From positions 1 through 51,416 of IMG/VR virus record IMGVR_UViG_3300017913_000244: DNA of 51,416 nucleotides; one strand, given 5' to 3'. The position numbers and the translations under genes were made by a program. Each line of letters begins with the position of its first letter. The stretch's first letter is position 1. The DNA comes from a virus. Taxonomy: Duplodnaviria > Caudoviricetes. Positions 20,001 through 28,540 of the stretch are shown here, one piece after another. Below the pieces are notes generated by a model. The model searched no databases and was not told where the DNA came from. It worked only from the letters and a program-made list of their open reading frames with translations.

Positions 20001-20366
20001 ATGAGTGAAGTAGATACTGTACTAGATCAAGAAGAACTTATGGATCAAGAGGTCGAAGACAGCTTGAGTCAAGAGGTTGAAGATACTGAAGATTATATCA
20101 ACCCTGTTCGTAGTTTTGTTGATGCATTACAATCTGGTAGTTTTAACAACGCAGAGACGTTGTTTAATGATATCTTAGGCGATAAAGTCCAAGATGCATT
20201 AGACGCAGAAAAGATGGCTGTTGCAGATCAGATTTTTAACGGGGCAGATCCTGTTGATCTAAACGACGAAGAAGATGATATCGAACTAGAAGATGATACA
20301 TCTGAAGTCGAATACGGTAGCGAAGCGGAAGAATTTGGTTCGCTTGAAGCAAAAGACGAAGCGTAA
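20001..20366 (+). CDS. acidic prohead core protein (gp67-like)
   Basis: Very Glu/Asp-rich; located between portal and protease as in T4. Confidence 0.55.
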   Translation: MSEVDTVLDQEELMDQEVEDSLSQEVEDTEDYINPVRSFVDALQSGSFNNAETLFNDILGDKVQDALDAEKMAVADQIFNGADPVDLNDEEDDIELEDDTSEVEYGSEAEEFGSLEAKDEA

Positions 20367-20398
20367 TAACAAAAAGTTTCATTTAAAAAACTTTTTCG

Positions 20399-20406
20399 TA
20401 TAAATA
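20399..20406 (+). promoter_or_regulatory. T4-type late promoter
   Basis: TATAAATA. Confidence 0.8.
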
Positions 20407-20426
20407 CATTCTAAAGAGGACTAACA

Positions 20427-20624
20427 GTGAAAACTTTTACAGAATTACGAGAGGCAAAAGACAAGATCGTCTTGAAGAAAAAGATGTCTGGTTATCCTGT
20501 CGTGATCACTAAAACTGCAAAGGGTTTTCACCTGAGTATCGATGGTGATTCTGTCGATACATTTAAGTCACAGAGAGAAGCGGAATCAACCGCAAAACAG
20601 GTCCTAAAGGACTTAGGAAAATAA
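20427..20624 (+). CDS. small prohead/internal protein (gp68 position)
   Basis: GTG start with GAGGA SD; N-terminus MKTFTELRE resembles the T4 capsid-targeting sequence. Confidence 0.55.
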   Translation: MKTFTELREAKDKIVLKKKMSGYPVVITKTAKGFHLSIDGDSVDTFKSQREAESTAKQVLKDLGK

Positions 20625-20625
20625 A

Positions 20626-21285
20626 ATGAAACTGATTAGCGAATACGTAGAAACTGACATCGAATGCATCGTTGAAGCCAAAGAGAATGGCGAGAAGAAC
20701 TTTGTCATTGAAGGTGTATTCGCTCAGGCAGACAAAAAGAATCGCAATGGTCGTATCTACCCTAAACCAACTATGGAGAAGGCTGTAAATACGTACGTTG
20801 AAACACAGGTTAGCAAGAAGCGCGCTGTTGGTGAGTTGAATCACCCAGAGGGCCCGACTGTCAACCTTGATAAAGTTTCCCACCTTATTACTGACTTGAA
20901 ACTTGAAGGCAATGATGTGGTTGGAAAGGCACAAATTTTGAATACCCCAATGGGTCAGATTGTGAAAGGTCTCTTAGAGGGCGGTGTTCAATTAGGTGTG
21001 TCAACTCGTGGAATGGGAAGTCTTGAGAGTAGAAACGGCGTAATGTACGTCAAAGAAGACTTTATTCTTAATACGGTAGATATCGTACAAGATCCAAGTG
21101 CACCGGATGCTTTCGTTAATGGGATTATGGAAGGTGTTGATTGGGTCTGGAATAATGGTATTCTGGAACCTCAAGTCATTGAAGATATAGAGACTGAAAT
21201 TAAGCAAGCACCAATTGCACATCAACCTGAAGTGCAGATGCGTGAGTTCAAGAATTTCCTCTCGTTAATCAAATCTAAACTATAA
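20626..21285 (+). CDS. gp21: prohead protease gp21
   Basis: NRNGRIYP, GELNHP, GVSTRGMGS, DPSAPDA. Confidence 0.95.
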   Translation: MKLISEYVETDIECIVEAKENGEKNFVIEGVFAQADKKNRNGRIYPKPTMEKAVNTYVETQVSKKRAVGELNHPEGPTVNLDKVSHLITDLKLEGNDVVGKAQILNTPMGQIVKGLLEGGVQLGVSTRGMGSLESRNGVMYVKEDFILNTVDIVQDPSAPDAFVNGIMEGVDWVWNNGILEPQVIEDIETEIKQAPIAHQPEVQMREFKNFLSLIKSKL

Positions 21286-21294
21286 GGAGTCACT

Positions 21295-22335
21295 ATGACT
21301 GATTTAAATCAAGTAGAAAGTGAAATCCGCGATCTAGATGTTGAAACAAACGAAGTCGTGGAGGAAACTCTCGAAGAAGCAAAAGCTCCTGCAGCAAAGG
21401 GCGATGCGAAGGTTGATCAACCAGTTGATGAGCCAGAGTCAATCGCTTCTGTCGATAAGGCAGCAAAGAGCACTTCAAAGACTGCCCCACCTAAAACAAA
21501 GGCAGGCATGGTTAACGCTATGTATAAAGCTGCTTCTAAAATGAAGAAAGCAGAACTGACTGACGCATTTAACAAGATGTTCGAAGGAACTGATCTTGTT
21601 GATGATCTTGAAGCCGCTGATACAAACGCAGAACTAGCTGCAATTGTCGAAGGCGAAGCAACACTATCAGAAGAGTTCAAGGAGAAGACTTCGGTCATCT
21701 TCGAGGCTGCAGTCAAGTCTAAGCTTTCTGAAGAAGTATCTCGCCTAGAAGAGCAGTACGCTGAAGAGCTTGCTGAAGAAGTCGAAACAATCAAGACCGA
21801 TCTAGTCGGTAAGGTTGATTCATATCTTAACTATGTAGTTGAATCTTGGATGGAAGAAAACAAGTTGGCGATCCAGAACGGTCTACGTACCGAAATCGCT
21901 GAAAACTTCATGAACGGAATGCGTGACCTATTCGTAGAATCTTACGTTGAAGTTCCAGAGTCTAAGGTAGACCTAGTTGATGAACTAGCAGAGCAAGTAA
22001 GTGAGTTGGAAGAGAAACTAAACTCAACTACTGGTGATGCAATCTCACTTGCTGAGGAACTAGAAACTTACAAGCGTGACACAATCATCGCTGAAGCTTC
22101 TCGTGACCTAGCAGACACTCAAGCTGAGAAGCTACGTGAACTTGTAGAGACTGTTGATTTTGAGAACGAAGAATCGTTCGCTAAGAAGATCAACACCGTC
22201 AAGGAATCATACTTCTCGAAAGAAATTCCAGAGCAGATTGAAGAGTCAGTTTCAGAAGAAGCTGAAGAAGAAGTAGAAGTATCATCATCGATGAACAACT
22301 ACTTAGATGCTTTGCGTAAAACCTCTAAGAAATAA
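21295..22335 (+). CDS. gp22: prohead scaffolding protein gp22
   Basis: LSEEFKEK..IFEAAV, VDSYLNYVVESWM; synteny. Confidence 0.9.
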   Translation: MTDLNQVESEIRDLDVETNEVVEETLEEAKAPAAKGDAKVDQPVDEPESIASVDKAAKSTSKTAPPKTKAGMVNAMYKAASKMKKAELTDAFNKMFEGTDLVDDLEAADTNAELAAIVEGEATLSEEFKEKTSVIFEAAVKSKLSEEVSRLEEQYAEELAEEVETIKTDLVGKVDSYLNYVVESWMEENKLAIQNGLRTEIAENFMNGMRDLFVESYVEVPESKVDLVDELAEQVSELEEKLNSTTGDAISLAEELETYKRDTIIAEASRDLADTQAEKLRELVETVDFENEESFAKKINTVKESYFSKEIPEQIEESVSEEAEEEVEVSSSMNNYLDALRKTSKK

Positions 22336-22346
22336 GGAATCTAACA

Positions 22347-23681
22347 ATGAACAATTCATTCGATCAATTGATTGAGAAGTGGGCACCAGTACTTAATGAA
22401 GAGTCTGCTGGTCAAATCACTGATCATCACCGTAAGGCAGTTACAGCTGCTATTCTAGAAAACCAAGAGCGTGCTCTAAACGAAGAGCGTGCTGCAATGG
22501 GTGGTTTTCTAACAGAAGCACCAACTAACTCTAACGCATCTGTGACCGGTGGTCCAGGCGGTGCGAACTGGGATCCAATCCTAATCTCACTAGTACGTCG
22601 TGCAATGCCAAATCTAATGGCATACGATCTATGTGGTGTACAGCCAATGTCAGGACCAACTGGTCTAATCTTCGCAATGAAGTCAAACTACAAGACTACT
22701 GCAGGCGATGTAGAAGCACTAGGTCTAGACGAGCCAGCATCTGGCTTCTCAGGCGGTCCACACCCAGCAGGTCAAGCACCAACTTCTGCAGGAGCACACT
22801 TGGATCCAGTCGGTCGTCCAATGACTACTGCCCAGTCAGAAGATCTAGGTCGTGGTGAGTCTTTCCAAGAGATGGGCTTCTCGATCGAGAAGACAGCCGT
22901 TACTGCAAAGTCACGTGCACTAAAGGCTGAGTACTCTCTAGAACTAGCGCAAGACTTGAAAGCAATTCACGGTCTAGACGCAGAGACAGAACTAGCAAAC
23001 ATTCTGTCTACAGAGATTCTTGCTGAAATCAATCGCGAAATCGTCCGTTCAATCAACCTACAAGCAACACTAGGTGCTCGTGTGGCTGAATCATCAAACG
23101 TCTCACAAGACGGTGTATTTGATCTATCTCTAGACGCTGACGGTCGTTGGTCTGCTGAGAAGTTCAAGGGTCTAGCAATGCAGATCGAGCGCGAAGCAAA
23201 CTTCATTGCAAAAGATACACGTCGCGGCAAGGGTAACATTCTAGTATGTTCATCTGACGTTGCAACTGCTCTAGCAGCTTCTGGTCAGTTGGATTACACT
23301 CCAGGCGCAGGTATGAACATCGACGATACTGGTAACACATTTGCTGGTACTCTAAACGGTCGTATGCGCGTATTCATCGATCCATATGCAACTGCTAACT
23401 ACGTAACTGTAGGTTATAAGGGTACTAACCCATATGACGCAGGTATGTTCTACTGCCCATACGTACCACTACAGATGGTCAAGGCAGTTGGTGAGAATGA
23501 CTTCCAGCCACGCATCGGGTTCAAGACTCGCTACGGTATGGCTGCAAATCCATTCGTTGGTTCACTAGACGGTTCTTCACGTGAAATCGATGCGACAAAT
23601 GGTTCAAACCAGTACTATCGTATCTTCCGTGTAGACAACATTCTAAATGCGTCTACTCCAGCAGCAGCACCAGCTGAGTAA
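22347..23681 (+). CDS. gp23: major capsid protein gp23
   Basis: LVRRAMPNLMAYDLCGVQPMSGPTGLIFAM, ELAQDLKAIHGLDAE, FQPRIGFKTRYG. Confidence 0.98.
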   Translation: MNNSFDQLIEKWAPVLNEESAGQITDHHRKAVTAAILENQERALNEERAAMGGFLTEAPTNSNASVTGGPGGANWDPILISLVRRAMPNLMAYDLCGVQPMSGPTGLIFAMKSNYKTTAGDVEALGLDEPASGFSGGPHPAGQAPTSAGAHLDPVGRPMTTAQSEDLGRGESFQEMGFSIEKTAVTAKSRALKAEYSLELAQDLKAIHGLDAETELANILSTEILAEINREIVRSINLQATLGARVAESSNVSQDGVFDLSLDADGRWSAEKFKGLAMQIEREANFIAKDTRRGKGNILVCSSDVATALAASGQLDYTPGAGMNIDDTGNTFAGTLNGRMRVFIDPYATANYVTVGYKGTNPYDAGMFYCPYVPLQMVKAVGENDFQPRIGFKTRYGMAANPFVGSLDGSSREIDATNGSNQYYRIFRVDNILNASTPAAAPAE

Positions 23682-23712
23682 TCATAAAAAGAACTAGTTT
23701 ACTAGTCATTTT

Positions 23713-23738
23713 GGGGAGTCTTCGGACTCCCTTTTTTT
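23713..23738 (+). terminator. Rho-independent terminator after gp23
   Basis: GGGAGTC-TTCG-GACTCCC + T7. Confidence 0.9.
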
Positions 23739-23743
23739 ATGCG

Positions 23744-23751
23744 TATAAATA
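23744..23751 (+). promoter_or_regulatory. T4-type late promoter
   Basis: TATAAATA upstream of gp3. Confidence 0.85.
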
Positions 23752-23772
23752 AAATGACTAAGAGGACTTATT

Positions 23773-24240
23773 ATGAGTTTAACAGACAACAAGAATTTTT
23801 TGCAGCCTACTGGTTTTCGTGTTATCATCGAACGTGAACAGTATGCTAACTTAGAGTTCTTTTCACAATCAGTAACGCATCCCGGTTCTACAGTTAATGC
23901 TGTCGAAATCCCTATACCTAGACTTCAAGGGTTTCCTGTGTCTGGTGATACGATTAACTATGGTGATCTGACGCTCAATCTTATTTTAGATGAAGATTTA
24001 TCCGCATATAAAGAAATGCAGAATTGGTTAGAAGACTGCATCTACAATAAGGGAGAAACAGTAAATCATGATATTACAGTCGTGATACTAAACAGTCATA
24101 ACAACTCATGCGGTAAAATTCGTTATAAGAATGCACTACCTACACAGTTAGGTTCTGTTGAGCTAACATCTACGGCGGGTGATGTGTCTTATATAACATT
24201 TGATGTCACGTTTAGATTCAGCGAATTTGAGTTTTACTAA
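23773..24240 (+). CDS. gp3: tail completion/tube terminator gp3
   Basis: NFLQPTGFR, LDEDLSAYKEMQNW; gp23-gp3-uvsY-uvsW synteny of marine T4-like phages. Confidence 0.8.
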   Translation: MSLTDNKNFLQPTGFRVIIEREQYANLEFFSQSVTHPGSTVNAVEIPIPRLQGFPVSGDTINYGDLTLNLILDEDLSAYKEMQNWLEDCIYNKGETVNHDITVVILNSHNNSCGKIRYKNALPTQLGSVELTSTAGDVSYITFDVTFRFSEFEFY

Positions 24241-24884
24241 TGACTATCTCAAAATATGAAATTAAGAATAGATCAGTTCTTGATCTACTTGAAGAATTTC
24301 GATACACGTATCGCGAACTCTATCGCCCAGAAGAGACCAATACTTGCTTATTTGATGAAATGAGAGGCAAAGCTAATCTGTATACTGGTGAAGAAGAGAT
24401 GAGGCGTATTGTAGCGATGGGTGAAGAACATGATGGATCCCCACAGAGCTCTGTCTGCTATCCAATAAAACCTCAACACTACAACGGAACGCATCCGGAA
24501 GAATATCGTAAGACGTGGCATCACATCGACTATAAAATGCGAAGTGAGTTAGGTCTACAGATCAGCGCACTCTCAACACTCTATCCTCCCGGCGGATTCA
24601 TTGGTTGGCATAATAATGCAAATGCCGCAGCATTTAATCTTATCTTCACGTGGTCTGAAAAAGGCGACGGTTGGTGGAAACATATTGACCCTAAGACAGG
24701 TGAAGTCGTAACTATACCCGATGTACAGGGATGGCAATTAAAGGCAGGGCAATTTGGCACATATGGATCTGATCATGTCATGTATCATGCAGCACAAACA
24801 AATTGCTATAGGATTACTCTAGGATACATACTCGGTCAAAACGAAGAATATTGGCAAGATTGTATTGACTACATCACAACTTAG
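24240..24884 (+). CDS. Fe(II)/2OG-dependent oxygenase-like protein (paralog 2)
   Basis: YPPGGFIGWHNN...MYHAA...YRIT. Confidence 0.6.
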   Translation: MTISKYEIKNRSVLDLLEEFRYTYRELYRPEETNTCLFDEMRGKANLYTGEEEMRRIVAMGEEHDGSPQSSVCYPIKPQHYNGTHPEEYRKTWHHIDYKMRSELGLQISALSTLYPPGGFIGWHNNANAAAFNLIFTWSEKGDGWWKHIDPKTGEVVTIPDVQGWQLKAGQFGTYGSDHVMYHAAQTNCYRITLGYILGQNEEYWQDCIDYITT

Positions 24885-24893
24885 TGATATAAT
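24865..24893 (+). promoter_or_regulatory. sigma70-type promoter for uvsY
   Basis: TTGACT-17-TATAAT with extended -10 TG. Confidence 0.75.
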
Positions 24894-24937
24894 ATACTTA
24901 ACTGGTATATTCACGTCTGCAATTTATAAGGTATAGA

Positions 24938-25384
24938 ATGTTAAATCTTGAAGGTATATTGAAAGAGTGGGAAGAAGACTCAGCAATTCCTATTCATCAA
25001 CTAGACGAAACTTCACGCAAAATTCCTAGTCTACATGCAAAGTATTTAGAGTACTTAACTGTGACTAAACTGTCTCTTCGTCGCGCAGAGGCAGCACAAA
25101 AAATACTACTTAAAGATAAGTGGTTATATTATAACGGTAAAATGGATCAACAAGAACTATTAGAGAAGGGTTGGAACCCAGATCCATTCAACGGTCTTAA
25201 AATCTTAAAAGGTGAGATGGATTACTATTACGACGCTGATCCTGAGATTCAGCAATCCGAAGACAAAATTGTCGCACTTAAGACACAGATAGATAGTCTT
25301 ACGGACATTCTTAATATGATTAAATGGAGACATTCGACGATCAAGAACATGATCGACTATCGAAGATTCGAGGCCGGTGGATAA
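24938..25384 (+). CDS. uvsY: recombination mediator UvsY
   Basis: IPSLHAKYL, KWLYYNGK, IKNMIDYRRFEAG; precedes uvsW. Confidence 0.85.
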   Translation: MLNLEGILKEWEEDSAIPIHQLDETSRKIPSLHAKYLEYLTVTKLSLRRAEAAQKILLKDKWLYYNGKMDQQELLEKGWNPDPFNGLKILKGEMDYYYDADPEIQQSEDKIVALKTQIDSLTDILNMIKWRHSTIKNMIDYRRFEAGG

Positions 25385-26897
25385 CAAGATACGTATCAGG
25401 ATGAAAGATTACTCTCACTTTATGGTGGAGGCTCATCCTGCCCAAGAAAATGAGTTGCGAGAGTATTTCTCTTTTTTTGTACCTGGGTATAAATTTATGC
25501 CTGCGTACAAATCGCGTCACTGGGATGGTAAAGTGAAACTTTACAATACAGTAACCAAACAAATGAACGTAGGTCTATATCAGCATCTACGCCGATTTTG
25601 TGCGGACCGATTCTATCAACTAGAAATACTCGAGCATGAAACTTACGGAATACCGTCGTTTAGAGAAGATATCGATCACCCTGCTCTCATCGATTTTCTA
25701 TCTCTTCTTGATGCTCCCTTTAAGCCGAGAGATTATCAGTATAAGGCTATTTCGCACGGCGTTGAGCACCGACGATGTATTCTACTTAGTCCTACTGGTA
25801 GCGGTAAGTCATTTATCATCTACAATCTACTACGTTACTGCTACGAAGTCACCGAAGGAAAAATCTTAGTCGTTGTGCCGACAACCTCTCTCGTAGAGCA
25901 GATGTACAAGGACTTTGAAGACTATGGTTACGACGTAAACGAATTCTGCCATCGTATCTATTCAGGTAAAGAAAAGAATACTGACAAACGCGTTATCATC
26001 TCTACGTGGCAATCTATCTACAAGTTTGGTAAAGATTGGTTCGAACAGTTCGACACTGTATTCGGAGATGAGGTGCATCTATTCAAAGCAAAGTCTCTCA
26101 CTACAATGATGGACAAGTGCATTAATGCCAAATATCGATTTGGTCTTACTGGTACCCTTGATGGTACTGAAACAAACAAACTGGTCTTAGAAGGACTGTT
26201 TGGTCCAACATTCACTGTTACCCGTACAGTTGAACTGCAAAAGTCAAAAGAACTGGCAGAGTTGGACATCTCTATCTTGTTATTAAGATACCACAACGAT
26301 ATCTGTAACATGATGAAAGACAAAAGTTATCAGGAAGAACTTGATTACATTGTCACATATGAACCACGCAATAAGTTTATCAGCAAAGTTGCGTTGGATC
26401 AGACGGGGAATACCCTAGTAATGTTTCAGTTTGTAGAGAAACACGGAAAGGTATTGTATGATATGATCAAAAGTCTAGCACCCGAAAATCGTAAAGTATT
26501 TTACGTTTCAGGTGAGATCGACGCATCTGATCGAGAACAAATACGAGGAATCGTAGAAAAAGAAAATGACGCTATTATTGTCGCTTCTCTTGGGACTTTC
26601 AGCACTGGCATCAACATCCGCAACTTGCATAATATTGTATTTGCGACACCCAGTAAGTCACAAGTCAAAGTACTTCAATCAATTGGTCGTGGCCTTCGTC
26701 AGTCTGACGATGGTAGGACTACTAAGCTTATTGATATCGCTGACGATCTGCACGTCAAGTCTCATAAGAATTTTACTTTAAGACATAGTGCAGAAAGAAT
26801 CAAGATATATACTAAAGAAGGATTTAAATATAAGATTTATCCAATTGATCTAAAACCTATAAGAGTAAAAGATGATGAAGACGAACTCTTCAATTAA
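25377..26897 (+). CDS. uvsW: SF2 DNA/RNA helicase UvsW
   Basis: SPTGSGKS, DEVH, GLTGT, QSIGRGLR. Confidence 0.93.
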   Translation: MDNKIRIRMKDYSHFMVEAHPAQENELREYFSFFVPGYKFMPAYKSRHWDGKVKLYNTVTKQMNVGLYQHLRRFCADRFYQLEILEHETYGIPSFREDIDHPALIDFLSLLDAPFKPRDYQYKAISHGVEHRRCILLSPTGSGKSFIIYNLLRYCYEVTEGKILVVVPTTSLVEQMYKDFEDYGYDVNEFCHRIYSGKEKNTDKRVIISTWQSIYKFGKDWFEQFDTVFGDEVHLFKAKSLTTMMDKCINAKYRFGLTGTLDGTETNKLVLEGLFGPTFTVTRTVELQKSKELAELDISILLLRYHNDICNMMKDKSYQEELDYIVTYEPRNKFISKVALDQTGNTLVMFQFVEKHGKVLYDMIKSLAPENRKVFYVSGEIDASDREQIRGIVEKENDAIIVASLGTFSTGINIRNLHNIVFATPSKSQVKVLQSIGRGLRQSDDGRTTKLIDIADDLHVKSHKNFTLRHSAERIKIYTKEGFKYKIYPIDLKPIRVKDDEDELFN

Positions 26898-27309
26898 ACA
26901 TTTGAAATTAGTAACAGGTGAAGAACTAGTCTGCGAGTTAGTTGAAGAAACCAAAGAGTCTATCATAGTTAATAATGCATTAAGTCTAATGCCTAAAACT
27001 ATGAATGATGGTACAAAGTATTTTGCATTTAAAACTTACATGGTTTATCAAGATACTCCGACAAATGTAATTATGATTTTTACAGACAAAGTGATGTCGA
27101 TCGCAGTTCCTGCAGATGAAATGATAGTGCAATATAAGAATGCATTAAAAGAGATGGCAGAGTATCTTGAAGAAGATTCTGCCCGTCTACTAGAAGAAGA
27201 CTTTAAGGAGTCTCTCTCATTAGATGATTTTTTAGATGAACTAGACAGAAAAGAGGAGCAAGAATTAGATTTTATGGATTCAGATGTTTCTGATATGACC
27301 ATAAACTAA
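26872..27309 (+). CDS. conserved T4-like hypothetical protein (Sm-like N-terminus, acidic tail)
   Basis: KLVTGEELVCE pattern; usual position between uvsW and gp55. Confidence 0.6.
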   Translation: MMKTNSSIKHLKLVTGEELVCELVEETKESIIVNNALSLMPKTMNDGTKYFAFKTYMVYQDTPTNVIMIFTDKVMSIAVPADEMIVQYKNALKEMAEYLEEDSARLLEEDFKESLSLDDFLDELDRKEEQELDFMDSDVSDMTIN

Positions 27310-27341
27310 TTGCTATATTATCCTCCCCTAACGTTAGAGAT

Positions 27342-27370
27342 ATTATATACTATAAATCTCGATCTGTCAA
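27342..27370 (-). promoter_or_regulatory. antisense sigma70-type promoter
   Basis: Reverse complement reads TTGACA-GATCGAGATTTATAGTA(17)-TATAAT, a perfect consensus. Confidence 0.7.
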
Positions 27371-27388
27371 ATTTTTTTATGAGTTGTT

Positions 27389-27829
27389 ATGAAAATAGGA
27401 TTTACTTGTTCCACGTTTGATCTGTTACATGCAGGTCATATTCAGTTATTGCGTCACGCAAAAGATCAGTGTGATTATTTGATAGTGGGTCTTCAAACTG
27501 ATCCTACGTTAGATCGACCTGACACTAAGAACAAACCTATTCAAACCCTTGTTGAACGATACACTCAGCTTCGGGCCGTTCGGTACGTCGATGAAATTAT
27601 TCCTTACGAAACCGAAAAAGACCTAGAAGATATTTTATCTCTTTATAATCTAGATATTCAAATTCTGGGTGAAGAATATAGAGATAAAGATTTCACAGGT
27701 AAAGATATTGGTCGCCGCCGAGGAATAGAACTTTACTTTAATGAACGCTCACATCGATTCGCATCTAGTGAATTGAGGCAGAGGGTTGCCTATAGAACAG
27801 GGATTGATATTGGTCCACGTCATAAGTAA
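27389..27829 (+). CDS. glycerol-3-phosphate cytidylyltransferase-like (TagD family)
   Basis: STFDLLHAGH (HxGH), LIVGLQTD, YVDEIIPYE, RFASSELR. Confidence 0.85.
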   Translation: MKIGFTCSTFDLLHAGHIQLLRHAKDQCDYLIVGLQTDPTLDRPDTKNKPIQTLVERYTQLRAVRYVDEIIPYETEKDLEDILSLYNLDIQILGEEYRDKDFTGKDIGRRRGIELYFNERSHRFASSELRQRVAYRTGIDIGPRHK

Positions 27830-27831
27830 TT

Positions 27832-27860
27832 TTGACAACCGTTACGTTTTTTGATATAAT
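27832..27860 (+). promoter_or_regulatory. sigma70-type promoter for gp55
   Basis: TTGACA-17-TATAAT. Confidence 0.8.
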
Positions 27861-27889
27861 TACAGTTCAAATATAGGCGGTACTTTATT

Positions 27890-28480
27890 ATGAAAGCAAA
27901 AGAAAAACCACATTACGTTAGTAACAAACAATTCTCTCAGGCGGTCGTCGAGTACTGCACTGACGTGCGAGCTGCGAAAGAGAATGATCAACCCATTCCT
28001 GTTGTTCCTGATTACATTGCATCATGTTTTCTAAAAATTGCAGAAGGTCTTTCACATAAAGCGAACTTTGTTCGTTATACCTATCGTGAAGAAATGGTCA
28101 TGGATGCAGTTGAGAATATGCTCAAGGCAATCGAGAATTATAATATAGAAGCAGCAACACGTAGTGGTAATCCAAATGCATTTGCATACTTTACTCAAAT
28201 TTCGTGGTTTGCCTTTTTGCGACGAATTGAGAAAGAAAAGAAACAACAAAACATTAAACTTAAGTGGATGAGCGAAGTCAGTCTGGAAGATGTTTTGGGG
28301 CATGTAGAAGCGGGTGACGCAGAAGATACATCGTCTCGATTTATTGATGTCTTGCGGGAAAGAATTGATGTTGTCCGAGCGGCAGACACAGAGTTTAAGG
28401 CATACGAAAAAGAAGAAAAACAAAGACGCCGACGCGCAGTGAATGTTGACTCAGACTTATCCGAATGGATCGAAGATTAA
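27890..28480 (+). CDS. gp55: late-transcription sigma factor gp55
   Basis: HYVSNK, NFVRYTYREEMVMD, NAFAYFTQI, AFLRRIEKEKKQ. Confidence 0.93.
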   Translation: MKAKEKPHYVSNKQFSQAVVEYCTDVRAAKENDQPIPVVPDYIASCFLKIAEGLSHKANFVRYTYREEMVMDAVENMLKAIENYNIEAATRSGNPNAFAYFTQISWFAFLRRIEKEKKQQNIKLKWMSEVSLEDVLGHVEAGDAEDTSSRFIDVLRERIDVVRAADTEFKAYEKEEKQRRRRAVNVDSDLSEWIED

Positions 28481-28481
28481 T

Positions 28482-28510
28482 TTGACAGACCTATTGGTTT
28501 GTAGTATAAT
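28482..28510 (+). promoter_or_regulatory. sigma70-type promoter for gp47
   Basis: TTGACA-17-TATAAT. Confidence 0.8.
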
Positions 28511-28540
28511 AGTCGTTATATAAGTTGAGTTGAGCACCTT

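Noticed and set aside
27048-27302. Minus-strand 84-aa ORF downstream of the antisense promoter
   Set aside because: Ser-rich mirror of the acidic + strand gene, and the GGAGG lies about 19 nt from the ATG; more likely non-coding, though not fully excluded
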